Assembly: GCA_009786975.1 (NCBI GenBank)
Contig: WRGX01000219.1
Coordinates: 1 to 59,021, forward strand
Origin: Defluviitaleaceae bacterium
Lineage (GTDB): Bacteria > Bacillota > Clostridia > Lachnospirales > WQUN01
Direction of reading: 5' to 3'
Length of the DNA stretch: 59,021 nt
Made by a program: the position numbers and the translations under genes. Position 1 is the first letter of the stretch. Every line of letters starts with the position of its first letter. The notes beneath the pieces are model-generated. The model was given only the letters and a program-made list of their open reading frames with translations, did no database searches and was not told the DNA's origin. Shown here one piece after another: positions 46,218 to 54,657 of the stretch.

Positions 46218-47264
46218 GTGAGAATTGCAATTTTAGGATACGGCGTTGTGGGTTCGGGCGTTGCGGAGGTTTTAAAGATTAACGCGGCGCAAGTGGCGAA
46301 AAAAGCGGGCGAATCCGGCGAATCCATTGATGTAAAGTATATTTTGGATACCAGAGATTTTCCGGGCGAAGACCAAAAAAGCAAATTTATAAAAAATTTC
46401 GAAGAAATCGAGCGTGACCCCGAAATAAAAATCGTCGCGGAATGCATCGGCGGCGAAACCACCGCGTACGATTTTGCGAAACGCGCGATTTTGGCGGGCA
46501 AACACGTTGTTACGCCGAACAAAGCCTTAATAGCGGCGCACGGCGCAGAGCTTTTCGCGCTGGCGAAAGAACGCGGCGTGCATCTGCTTTTCGAGGCAAG
46601 CGTCGGCGGCGGGATTCCGCTGATTCGCCCGTTTTGCGGCGCGCTTTTGACCGACGAAGTACAGGAAATCGCGGGGATATTAAACGGAACCAGCAATTAT
46701 ATTTTGACGCAAATGAATGACAACGGCAAAAGCTACGACAACGCACTGAAATCCGCGCAGGAGCTGGGCTACGCCGAAGCCGACCCGACCGCCGATGTGG
46801 GCGGGTTCGACGCGTGCCGAAAGCTCTCGATTTTGCTCTCGCTTGCCACGGGCAAAACCGTCGATTACAAGGATATTCCGACGGAAGGCATCGAAAAAAT
46901 AACTGCGGACGACTTCGCCTTTGCCGCCGAAAACGGCTATACCCTCAAGCACCTCGCGATAGCGAAAATCTCCGCCGGCGGCGTACAAGCCGTTGTCGCG
47001 CCGTTTTTGGTAAAAATCGGGCATCCCATGTCAACGGTAAGCGACGTGTACAACGCCCTGTGGGCGCGTGCGAAAACAACGGGAAGCGTAATGTTTTACG
47101 GAAGCGGCGCGGGAAAACTCCCGACGGCAAGCGCGGTCGTAAGCAATCTCGTTGACATAGCGCAAAACGCCTGTGCCGCGCACATATGGACCGCCGAGCG
47201 CGTAAAAATTTTGCCCGCCGAAGGATTTGCCATGAAAAAAACGTTCCGTATCTACGAGGGATAG
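46218..47264 (+). CDS. hom: homoserine dehydrogenase (no ACT domain)
   Basis: NAD fold IAILGYGVVGSG, plus LNGTSNYILTQM and GYAEADPTADVGGFDA. GTG start. Confidence 0.9.
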   Translation: MRIAILGYGVVGSGVAEVLKINAAQVAKKAGESGESIDVKYILDTRDFPGEDQKSKFIKNFEEIERDPEIKIVAECIGGETTAYDFAKRAILAGKHVVTPNKALIAAHGAELFALAKERGVHLLFEASVGGGIPLIRPFCGALLTDEVQEIAGILNGTSNYILTQMNDNGKSYDNALKSAQELGYAEADPTADVGGFDACRKLSILLSLATGKTVDYKDIPTEGIEKITADDFAFAAENGYTLKHLAIAKISAGGVQAVVAPFLVKIGHPMSTVSDVYNALWARAKTTGSVMFYGSGAGKLPTASAVVSNLVDIAQNACAAHIWTAERVKILPAEGFAMKKTFRIYEG

Positions 47265-47277
47265 TGGGGGGCATAAT

Positions 47278-47952
47278 TTGAGCGAATATATAATGGAAGC
47301 CCGAGATGTCAAACGCGCGTTCCCTGTTGGGGGCGGCGATTTTTGGGCATTAAAAGGCATCTCGCTAACCGTTTCCGAAAATAAATTAACAATACTTAAA
47401 GGGCGAAGCGGCAGCGGAAAAACCACGCTTATGAACATGCTCGGAATGCTTGATTATCCGACGTCGGGCGAGGTTTTTTTTGACGGCGAATCAAAATTTT
47501 CCGAAAAAAAACGCGACATCTTGCGCCGAAATGAAATGGGATTTGTGTTTCAATCCGTTGCGTTAATCGGCATGATGTCGGCGTTCGAGAACGTCGAATT
47601 TATGTTGCGCCTAAACAAGGCGAACGCCGCCGAGCGCAAGGCGCGAGCGGAACATTGCCTCGAGCGCGTCGGTCTCGCGCCGCGAATGCGCCATATGCCC
47701 AGCGAGCTTTCCGGCGGCGAACAACAACGCGTCGCAATCGCCCGTGCAATCGCGCATCGCCCGAAAATAATCTTCGCCGACGAACCCACCGCCGAACTCG
47801 ACACGCATACGGGCTTGCAGGTAATAAAAATTTTCAAAGATTTAATCGAGCAAGAAGGCGCGACAATCGTAATGACAACGCACGACCCCGGTTTGATGGA
47901 GGTCGCGGACAAAGTGTACGAGATGGCGGATGGGGAAATCATTAACGGATAA
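47278..47952 (+). CDS. ABC transporter ATP-binding protein (MacB/LolD/FtsE-like NBD only)
   Basis: Walker A GRSGSGKTTLMN, signature LSGGEQQRVAIARA, Walker B IIFADEPTAELD. TTG start with a G-rich SD. Confidence 0.85.
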   Translation: MSEYIMEARDVKRAFPVGGGDFWALKGISLTVSENKLTILKGRSGSGKTTLMNMLGMLDYPTSGEVFFDGESKFSEKKRDILRRNEMGFVFQSVALIGMMSAFENVEFMLRLNKANAAERKARAEHCLERVGLAPRMRHMPSELSGGEQQRVAIARAIAHRPKIIFADEPTAELDTHTGLQVIKIFKDLIEQEGATIVMTTHDPGLMEVADKVYEMADGEIING

Positions 47953-47980
47953 ATTTCTTAGCCGAACGGGGCAATGCTAA

Positions 47981-48874
47981 ATGGAGTCTGAAAATAAAAA
48001 CGTAATCGAGGCCGAAAGCCTCGTAAAAATTTACAAAACGAAGGACATCGAAGTGCTTGCGTTGCAAGGACTTGACCTTATAATTGAGCGCGGCGAAATA
48101 ATGGCGATAATCGGCAACAGCGGCAGCGGGAAATCGACCCTGTTAAACATGATTGGCGGCCTCGACAAACCCTCGGCAGGCAAACTTTTCGTTGACGGAA
48201 AAGATTTGTTCAAATTGCGCGAGAAGGATTTGGTCGAATACAAAATTTCTACCGTGGGCTTTGTTTGGCAAAATAACGCGCGAAATTTAATCCCGTACCT
48301 TACCGCAATCGAAAACGTAATGATGCCGATGCAGTTTAATCGCAAAAATCCGATAAAAAACAAGCGCGCGCGGGCAATGGAACTTTTGGAGCTTACGGGC
48401 ATGAGCAAACGGGCGAAACACCGCTTGAATCAGCTTTCCGGCGGCGAACAACAACGCATCGCAATCGCACTTGCGCTTGCGAATCACCCCGCCGTTTTGC
48501 TCGCCGACGAACCGACGGGAAGCGTCGATACACGCACGACGGAATATATTTTGGACATGTTCCGCTCCGTAAACAAAGAGCTTGGCACAACAATCGTAAT
48601 CGTCACCCACGACCGCGAAATCGCGAAAAAAGTCCAACGCGTCGTCGCAATTCGCGACGGCAAAACGTCCAGCGAATTCATAATGTCTTACGCAGAACGC
48701 CTTGCAGGCATCGAGGGGTTTGAGCAAAAACAAATCGAATACGCAGTTTTGGACCGCGCGGGACGCGTGCAAATTCCGCGCAACTTTTTGGATAAAATGA
48801 ATTTGGAAAATAATCGGCTGCTCATTCACATGGAGGACGACGGACGCGTTGTGCTTTCCGCGCCGGAGAAATAA
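47981..48874 (+). CDS. ABC transporter ATP-binding protein with a C-terminal SpoVT/AbrB-like tail
   Basis: Walker A GNSGSGKSTLLN, signature LSGGEQQRIAIALA, Walker B VLLADEPTGSVD. The ~70-aa tail YAVLDRAGRVQIPRNFLDKMNLENNRLLIHMEDDGRVVLSAP resembles the swapped-hairpin GRVxIP motif. Confidence 0.85.
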   Translation: MESENKNVIEAESLVKIYKTKDIEVLALQGLDLIIERGEIMAIIGNSGSGKSTLLNMIGGLDKPSAGKLFVDGKDLFKLREKDLVEYKISTVGFVWQNNARNLIPYLTAIENVMMPMQFNRKNPIKNKRARAMELLELTGMSKRAKHRLNQLSGGEQQRIAIALALANHPAVLLADEPTGSVDTRTTEYILDMFRSVNKELGTTIVIVTHDREIAKKVQRVVAIRDGKTSSEFIMSYAERLAGIEGFEQKQIEYAVLDRAGRVQIPRNFLDKMNLENNRLLIHMEDDGRVVLSAPEK

Positions 48875-48894
48875 GGATACTTTTTTGGGCATGA

Positions 48895-48936
48895 CAAAAA
48901 TGAGTCGGCGAGTGTCACTCGCCGACTCATTTTTTC
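48895..48936. terminator. P31 palindrome terminator after the ABC ATPase pair
   Basis: A5-ATGAGTCGGCGAGTG-T-CACTCGCCGACTCAT-T5, with arms at 48900-48930. Confidence 0.8.
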
Positions 48937-49048
48937 TATGCTCAAAAAATTGAAAACGCCCTTCCGACACACGCCCTAAAGTTTTTTTCCGCATAATCTG
49001 TGAAAAATATGTAAAACATGATAAGGAGGGGCAAAAGGAGAATTTTAC

Positions 49049-50137
49049 ATGGAACAGATTAAGCTGGGCGTTGTCGGCCTCGGGCTTGCGTGGGAGCGGC
49101 TTCACGCGCCCGCGCTTGCAAAACTGCGGGACAGATTTGAAATTGCTGCGGTGTGTGACAGGGATTTGGCAAAGGCACAAAACGTTGTGCAATTCATGGG
49201 GCATTCGCCCGAAAACGCTTTTGATGATTTGCAAAAAATGCTTGAGCGGGACGACATCGAGGCGATTTTGTCGCTTGTTCCCATCAGCGAAAACTTTGAA
49301 ACCGCCGCAACCGTCATGCGAAGCGGCAAGCATCTTTTGGCGGAAAAACCCTTCGCGGCCTCGCCCGACGCGGCACGGAGGCTTATTCAAATGTGCGATT
49401 TGTCAAGCTCGACGGTTATGGTTGCGGAAAATGTGCGTTACGAGGAACAAAACGTGCTGATAAAAGAGCTCCTCACAAGCGGCGAAATCGGCGAGCCGAT
49501 TTTTTTCATCGATACGCACATCATCGACTACGCGAGGGAGTCGGAGCGCGGCGGTTTCGGTCAAACAAATTGGCGGCAACATCCGCGATATGAAGGCGGC
49601 GTGATTCTTGATTCCGGCGTGCATCATATGGCGAGGTTGCGGTATCTTTTCGGCGATATCGACAATGTGTCCGCGCACGGGCATCCGCCCATGCACGATT
49701 TCGCGCCGTATTCCTGCATAAACGCGCTGTTAAAATTTGAAAATATCACGGGACATTACACATTTTTCACGGCAGGAAGGGAAACACAAGCACCGCTCGT
49801 TGGGTTGCGAATTTACGGCACAAAAGGCGAAATTTTCCTCGAGGATTCAAACTGTGGGTTCGTAAACATTTCATATACCGACGAACGCCCCTCCAACGCC
49901 GTTAACTACATGCCCGGCCTCGGCTACCAGCGCGAGCTTGAAAACTTCCACGCCGCAATTCGCATGGGCGCGAAAATCGAATCCGGCCCCGAAAAGGCCG
50001 TCGGTGACATCGAAGCTGTTTTCGCTCTGTTGGAATCCGCCCGTGCAAACGAATCCTCCCCCTCGGATGCGTCCGAAAGACTGACGTCGGCCTACATTTT
50101 TCCAAAAGTCACAATGTATCCGGGCGCAAGAGTTTAG
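49049..50137 (+). CDS. Gfo/Idh/MocA family oxidoreductase
   Basis: Rossmann N-terminus IKLGVVGLGLAWERLHAPAL and the EKP motif LLAEKPFA. SD AAAGGAG. Confidence 0.85.
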   Translation: MEQIKLGVVGLGLAWERLHAPALAKLRDRFEIAAVCDRDLAKAQNVVQFMGHSPENAFDDLQKMLERDDIEAILSLVPISENFETAATVMRSGKHLLAEKPFAASPDAARRLIQMCDLSSSTVMVAENVRYEEQNVLIKELLTSGEIGEPIFFIDTHIIDYARESERGGFGQTNWRQHPRYEGGVILDSGVHHMARLRYLFGDIDNVSAHGHPPMHDFAPYSCINALLKFENITGHYTFFTAGRETQAPLVGLRIYGTKGEIFLEDSNCGFVNISYTDERPSNAVNYMPGLGYQRELENFHAAIRMGAKIESGPEKAVGDIEAVFALLESARANESSPSDASERLTSAYIFPKVTMYPGARV

Positions 50138-50491
50138 GCGCGCCAAGCGCGCGGTGGGCACCGGGGACATGTGTCGGCGGCGACGCATTCCCTCGAAGCC
50201 GGGAACAGTTTCTTGGTCCACAAAAAAGCGCGCCAAGCGCGCGGTGGGCACCGGGGACACGTGTCGGCGGCGACGCATTCCCTCGAAGCCGGACGCAGTT
50301 TCCGAGCCCATAAAAAAGCGCGCCAAGCGCGCGGTGGGCACCGGGGGCATGTGTCGGCGGCGACGCATTCCCTCGAAGCCGGACGCAGTTTCCGAGCCCA
50401 TAAAAAAGCGCGCCAAGCGCGCGGTGGGCACCGGGGACACGTGTTGGCGGCGACGCATTCCCTCGAAGCCGGATGCAGTTTACCGGTCCAC
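50138..50491 (+). repeat. R90 tandem array, 4 units, exact 90-bp period
   Basis: Head palindromes GCGCGCCAAGCGCGC start at 50138, 50228, 50318 and 50408. Units 2 and 3 differ at 2 of 90 positions. The array starts on the nucleotide after the TAG stop of the upstream gene. Confidence 0.97.
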
Positions 50492-50533
50492 AAAAAAAAC
50501 AACCCGGATGTCAGGTTTCCGGGTTGTTTTTTT
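50492..50533. terminator. bidirectional intrinsic terminator between the oxidoreductase gene/R90 array and glgD
   Basis: A8-AACAACCCGGA (50498-50508) pairs with TCCGGGTTGTT (50518-50528), then T7. Confidence 0.8.
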
Positions 50534-50578
50534 GGAGATGATGAGGGCGAATTTCAATTTTTGAGAGTGGAAAAAGTA

Positions 50579-51697
50579 TCAAGTGACTACTTCTTGCCCT
50601 TTAGGTATAACAATCGGGGCTTCCGGGGTGCCGATTATTCGTGCGCCGGGGTGCAGGGTTACGTCTTTGTCGATGATGGCGTGTTCGACGACGCAGTCGT
50701 TTCCGACAACTACTCCCTCCATTAAAATGGAGTTGGTTATATGAGTTCGGTCGCCTGCGAAAACACGGCGGAAAATTACGGAACGGTTTGCGTAGCCATT
50801 TAAAATTGCGCCGCTTCCGATTATGCAGTTTACGACATGCGCGTCGTTGTTAAATTTTGCGGGCGGTTCGTCCTTTGGCTTGGTCTTGATGTAGGGGTGT
50901 TGCAACATGAAATCGTTTCGAATTTCGCGGCGCAAAAAGTCCATGTTGCAGTCGAAATACGAGTGGATACTGCCCAAATTGCGCCAGTATCCGTCAAAGC
51001 GGTAGCCGTAAATGCGAAGCCGCTTGCGATAGCGCGAAAATAAATCCAAAACCAGGTCGTAACGCCCTTCGGAAACGATTGTCTCGATAAGTTCGATTAA
51101 AAGCGGGCGCGAGATTACATACACGCCGATTGACGCCAAATCCGACTGCGGCTCGAGCGGCTTTTGCTCGAGGTCGGTCAGTCGCTCGGCTTGGTCAAGC
51201 TCCATTACGCCGTACTGGCGAATATCGTCGCTGTCGGGAACTTGGCGATACGCAATTGTAATGTCGGCGGCTTTTTGTTCGTGATACTCAATCAGCTTGT
51301 TAAAATCCATTTTGTACACACAGTCGCCGGAGGAAATTACGACGTACGGCTCGTTGCTTCGTTTCAAATACGTGAGGTTTTGATAAATGCAGTCGGCGGT
51401 TCCGCGAAACCAAACCGAGTTTTCGCCGCTTTGATACGGCGAAAAAACGAACATGCCACCTTGTTTTGTGCCCAAATCCCACCATTTCGGGGCATTTAGA
51501 TGGTCGTGCAACGAGCGCGAATTGTATTGGGTTATAATCGCGACTTTTTTTATTCCGGAATTTGTCATACTGCTTAGCGGGAAGTCGATTGCGCGATAAC
51601 AGCTTCCCACCGGAAGCGCGGACGCGGCGCGACTGTGCGTAAGCGCGCCAAGTCGTTCGTTTCTTCCGCCTGCCAAAATTATTCCGACCGCTCTCAT
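50579..51697 (-). CDS. glgD: glucose-1-phosphate adenylyltransferase subunit GlgD
   Basis: The N-terminus [44 protein letters not shown] lacks the catalytic GGxGxRL consensus, as GlgD does. Its start overlaps the glgC stop (ATGA). Confidence 0.9.
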   Translation of the reverse strand: MRAVGIILAGGRNERLGALTHSRAASALPVGSCYRAIDFPLSSMTNSGIKKVAIITQYNSRSLHDHLNAPKWWDLGTKQGGMFVFSPYQSGENSVWFRGTADCIYQNLTYLKRSNEPYVVISSGDCVYKMDFNKLIEYHEQKAADITIAYRQVPDSDDIRQYGVMELDQAERLTDLEQKPLEPQSDLASIGVYVISRPLLIELIETIVSEGRYDLVLDLFSRYRKRLRIYGYRFDGYWRNLGSIHSYFDCNMDFLRREIRNDFMLQHPYIKTKPKDEPPAKFNNDAHVVNCIIGSGAILNGYANRSVIFRRVFAGDRTHITNSILMEGVVVGNDCVVEHAIIDKDVTLHPGARIIGTPEAPIVIPKGQEVVT

Positions 51698-52998
51698 GCT
51701 CTCACCCCGCTTGGATTTATTTGTTTAACGATGCTTTGCCCGCTTTCAAGTTTTTTGTCGGGATAGTCGTTGGGCGTTGTTTTGCCGTAAATTACGCAAT
51801 TTTTGCCGATTATTACGCCGCTCGGGACTTCCGAATGCTCGCCGACAACGGTTATGCCCGTGTCGTAAATTTTCGGGCGATGTACGTTTGGGATATCTTC
51901 GCCAACGTCCGCGCCGATTTGCGTGTTGTCGCCGACTTTGCAATGCGCGTCGATTATTGTGCGGTCAAGCACGGAATTTTTGCCGACGTAACAGCTTTTC
52001 ATCAAAATCGAGTTGCGCACAATCGCCCCCTCTTCGACAATTACGTCCGGCCCGAGAATCGAGTTATATACCTTGCCCAAAACCTCGCAACCCTCGGAAA
52101 TTATACTGGCCTTGACTTCGGAGTTCGAGCCGGAGAAGAGAGGGGGCTGGTGGTCGGAGTCGGTATACGTTTTGTCGTAGCTTTCATACAGATTAAAATC
52201 GGGGACGGTTTGAATCAAATCCATGTTTGCCGCCCAGTAGGACTCGATTGTTCCGACGTCTCGCCAATATTCGATAAACGGGTACGCAAACATGCGTTTG
52301 CCTTCCGACAAAAGCATCGGCAAAACGTGTTTTCCAAAGTCCGAATCGGGGTGGATTTTATTGTCGCGCTCAAGCGCGTCGCGAAGAAGGTCCCATTTGA
52401 AGATGTAAATGCCCATGTTTACGAGGTTTGATTTCGGATTCGGCGGCTTTTCTTCAAATTCATAAATCCGATTGTCGTCCTCGATGTTGATTACGCCGAA
52501 ACGGCTTGCTTCCTCGATTGGAATCTCAAGCGCGGCGATGCTTACGTCGCATTTGTTTTTCTTGTGAAACGCGAGCATACGCGCGTAATCCATTTTGTAG
52601 ATATGGTCGCCGCCGAGAATAAGCACGTATTCGGGGTTGCATTGGTCGATAAAATCCATGTTTTGATAGATGGCGTCGGCGGTTCCGGCGTACCATTCGC
52701 CGCTGGCGTCCTTCATGTGCGGCGACAAAATCGTTACGCCGCCTCTGCGTCTGTCCAAGTCCCAAGGCGAACCGATGCCGATATGCTGGTTCAATTGAAG
52801 CGGCTGGTATTGCGTCAAAACGCCGACCGTTGTTACGCCGGAGTTAACGCAATTTGACATGGCGAAGTCGATAATCCGATACTTTCCGCCAAAAGGTACC
52901 GCCGGTTTCGCCTTGCTCGAGGTAAGTACGCCCAAACGACTGCCTTGCCCCCCCGCCAACAACATCGCGATCATTTCCGATTTGTGCAAGTTGTCCAC
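51694..52998 (-). CDS. glgC: glucose-1-phosphate adenylyltransferase GlgC
   Basis: [43 protein letters not shown]. The start is ambiguous: GTG 52998, or TTG 52989 with better SD spacing. Confidence 0.92.
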   Translation of the reverse strand: MDNLHKSEMIAMLLAGGQGSRLGVLTSSKAKPAVPFGGKYRIIDFAMSNCVNSGVTTVGVLTQYQPLQLNQHIGIGSPWDLDRRRGGVTILSPHMKDASGEWYAGTADAIYQNMDFIDQCNPEYVLILGGDHIYKMDYARMLAFHKKNKCDVSIAALEIPIEEASRFGVINIEDDNRIYEFEEKPPNPKSNLVNMGIYIFKWDLLRDALERDNKIHPDSDFGKHVLPMLLSEGKRMFAYPFIEYWRDVGTIESYWAANMDLIQTVPDFNLYESYDKTYTDSDHQPPLFSGSNSEVKASIISEGCEVLGKVYNSILGPDVIVEEGAIVRNSILMKSCYVGKNSVLDRTIIDAHCKVGDNTQIGADVGEDIPNVHRPKIYDTGITVVGEHSEVPSGVIIGKNCVIYGKTTPNDYPDKKLESGQSIVKQINPSGVRA

Positions 52999-53076
52999 CT
53001 CTTTTCTATAAAATTTACCGATGCTTCATTATTTCACCAAACATGCGTGTAGTCAATAATGTAGTCAATAATAATT

Positions 53077-53103
53077 TAGGGCGTGTTGCCATTACGCCCT
53101 AAG
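53077..53103. repeat. H38 hairpin repeat, internally deleted copy
   Basis: TTAGGGCGTGTTGCCATTACGCCCTAA equals the 19420 copy minus 11 nt (GAATGGCACGC) between ACGC direct repeats. It still forms a 9-bp hairpin. Confidence 0.5.
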
Positions 53104-53154
53104 GAATTGCACCATTTTCTAAGCGGGAACACGCACAAATGTTCTTCTTTGTCT

Positions 53155-53598
53155 TTAAGAAATTGGCCTGACTCGCCTTGTTTGTAATCTTTTTACCACA
53201 AGTTCGGGGATTTGCCCACGTTCGGGCGGCGTGCCGCAGACCTTGAACATAGTTTCGGAGTCGGCGGCGATAAAGCCAATCAGCTTTTTAAACACAGTCG
53301 CGACCTTGCCGGAAAGGTTTAATTTTTGAATCAGACAGACGATTTCTTTGTATGTCATAACATCGGAATACCGCAGTTTTCCGTCCTTTGCCGGCAGTTT
53401 AATTTGCAGGCTTTTAAACACTCTCGCGTCCTTGGACATACGAAATTTAACCTGCTTCCAGTAATTTCTTGCAGTGTCGTAATCGGTACTCCGAAGCGCG
53501 GCGATTACATCGACTACGCTGTAAAGCCAAGTTTTCATTTTCGGGTCCCACACGGCGCGGGGTTTTCTGCCGCCGAAGAGTTTTACAAGTCGTTCCAT
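53155..53598 (-). CDS. Bro-N-like (prophage antirepressor N-terminal type) orphan protein
   Basis: AVWDPKMKTWLYSVVDVIAALRSTDYDTARNYWKQVKFRMSKDA..LQIKLPAKDGKLRYSDVMTYKEIVCLIQKL matches my recollection of the Bro-N pattern (WYFSVVDVVxVLTxS..NYWxxLKxRL...QLKLxAxDGKxRxTD). The region is AT-richer than its neighbours. Confidence 0.5.
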   Translation of the reverse strand: MERLVKLFGGRKPRAVWDPKMKTWLYSVVDVIAALRSTDYDTARNYWKQVKFRMSKDARVFKSLQIKLPAKDGKLRYSDVMTYKEIVCLIQKLNLSGKVATVFKKLIGFIAADSETMFKVCGTPPERGQIPELVVKRLQTRRVRPIS

Positions 53599-53714
53599 GC
53601 GTGCCTCCTGATATTTTTTAATCGGTTACAGGGCGTAACCGGTTGATTTTTTTAGAGGGTAACATGATTTTTTCGGGTTGTAAAGCGTACGGTATAAAAC
53701 AAAGTTTTTCCCGT

Positions 53715-53780
53715 GTCGGAATGCCCGGCGACAACGCTTTCCGACACATGCCCCCGCTACCCACTACGCGCTTAGCGCGC
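53715..53780 (-). repeat. degenerate R90 copy abutting the SDR gene stop
   Basis: CCGGCGACAACGCTTTCCGACACATGCCCCCGCTACCCACTACGCGCTTAGCGCGC. The ACACATGCCCCCG core is kept, and the head is reduced to CGCGC-TTA-GCGCG. Confidence 0.55.
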
Positions 53781-54499
53781 TACCACGGCCACTCATAACC
53801 GTCGTAATCCACCATTACGAGCCGATTTTCATCCCCAAGCGGCGTTTCAAAATATTTTGCCGCGATTTCGCCGATAACATCGGGGTCATACTTTCCGTCT
53901 TTGGCTAATTCGCCGTTTTGTTCGCGAAATTTCATCCACCCCGGGTGAAACAGGCGAAACGTGTAGCCCTGCGGGAACAATTCGTTATGCAAAAGACGCA
54001 CGCCCATATTCATTGCAGCCTTGCTCATGGGATACGGAAAGTCGTCGATAAAGCGGGTTTTCATCAAATTTATGCACGAAACTTCGCTGGATACATAGCA
54101 CAGCCGCCGCTCGCCGCCCCTCATAAGCGGCAAAAACGCCCGCGTAAGCCTAAGCGGCCCAAGCGCGTTCACATTAAACGAATTCCACGGCGCGTCCAAA
54201 TCCATCGGCGCGTCATACAATTTGCACTCCACCTTGTTCATCAACGCCGCGTTTGAAATAAGCATGTCAACCACGTCGGTGTTTTTCGCGACTTCATCGG
54301 CGGCGGCGAAGATACTTTCCTCGCGGCCTAAATCAACGCGAACAATGTGAAGGTTCGAGTTTTTTTCGCGCAGTTCCTCCAAAAAAAAGTAATCCTCCAT
54401 GAACTTCACCGCAAAAACCTGCCAATCGCGGCTTAAAAATTCCTTGCAAAGCGAAAGCCCCAAACCCCTGTCCGCACCTGTTATGAATACGCTTTTCAT
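53780..54499 (-). CDS. short-chain dehydrogenase/reductase (SDR) family oxidoreductase
   Basis: MKSVFITGADRGLGLSL (TGxxxGxG), with the YxxxK context PYPMSKAAMN. SD GAAGGGG upstream of ATG 54499. Confidence 0.85.
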   Translation of the reverse strand: MKSVFITGADRGLGLSLCKEFLSRDWQVFAVKFMEDYFFLEELREKNSNLHIVRVDLGREESIFAAADEVAKNTDVVDMLISNAALMNKVECKLYDAPMDLDAPWNSFNVNALGPLRLTRAFLPLMRGGERRLCYVSSEVSCINLMKTRFIDDFPYPMSKAAMNMGVRLLHNELFPQGYTFRLFHPGWMKFREQNGELAKDGKYDPDVIGEIAAKYFETPLGDENRLVMVDYDGYEWPW

Positions 54500-54657
54500 G
54501 GCAAAACCCCTTCTTATACCAATATCTCGTTCATTCAATCCGAATCCACCATTCGCACAAATTATATCATTGTTTTTTCATCTGTGTGAAAATCGATGAC
54601 ACTAACCTTGGTCTGTGCTTATTGTCTGTGGTAATATCTTCGCACGAGGTGAAAAAC

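Noticed and set aside
48287-49390. A 367-aa minus-strand ORF
   Set aside because: It is antisense to two genes with clear family motifs (ABC ATPase and Gfo/Idh/MocA). It runs straight through the P31 terminator, giving the tell-tale NESASDTRRLIF translation, and has no motifs of its own.
50138-50491. A CRISPR array, suggested by regularly spaced GC-rich palindromic repeats here and at 37610-37875
   Set aside because: The whole 90-bp unit repeats at about 97% identity and no unique spacers separate the repeats. No cas genes or leader are present. This is a tandem array of a dispersed element.
49871-50725. Four long overlapping ORFs (49871..50458, 50134..50502, 50154..50564, 50171..50725), plus four at 37432..38175, as real protein genes
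   Set aside because: They are translations of stop-free R90 units in different frames on both strands. They are periodic and lack an SD or start context. They overlap the well-supported oxidoreductase and ABC genes and cross terminators.
53155-53598. A prophage or integrated element around the Bro-N-like gene
   Set aside because: Only a single phage-associated domain is present. No integrase, repressor, structural genes or att-like direct repeats are visible, so it is treated as an orphan remnant.
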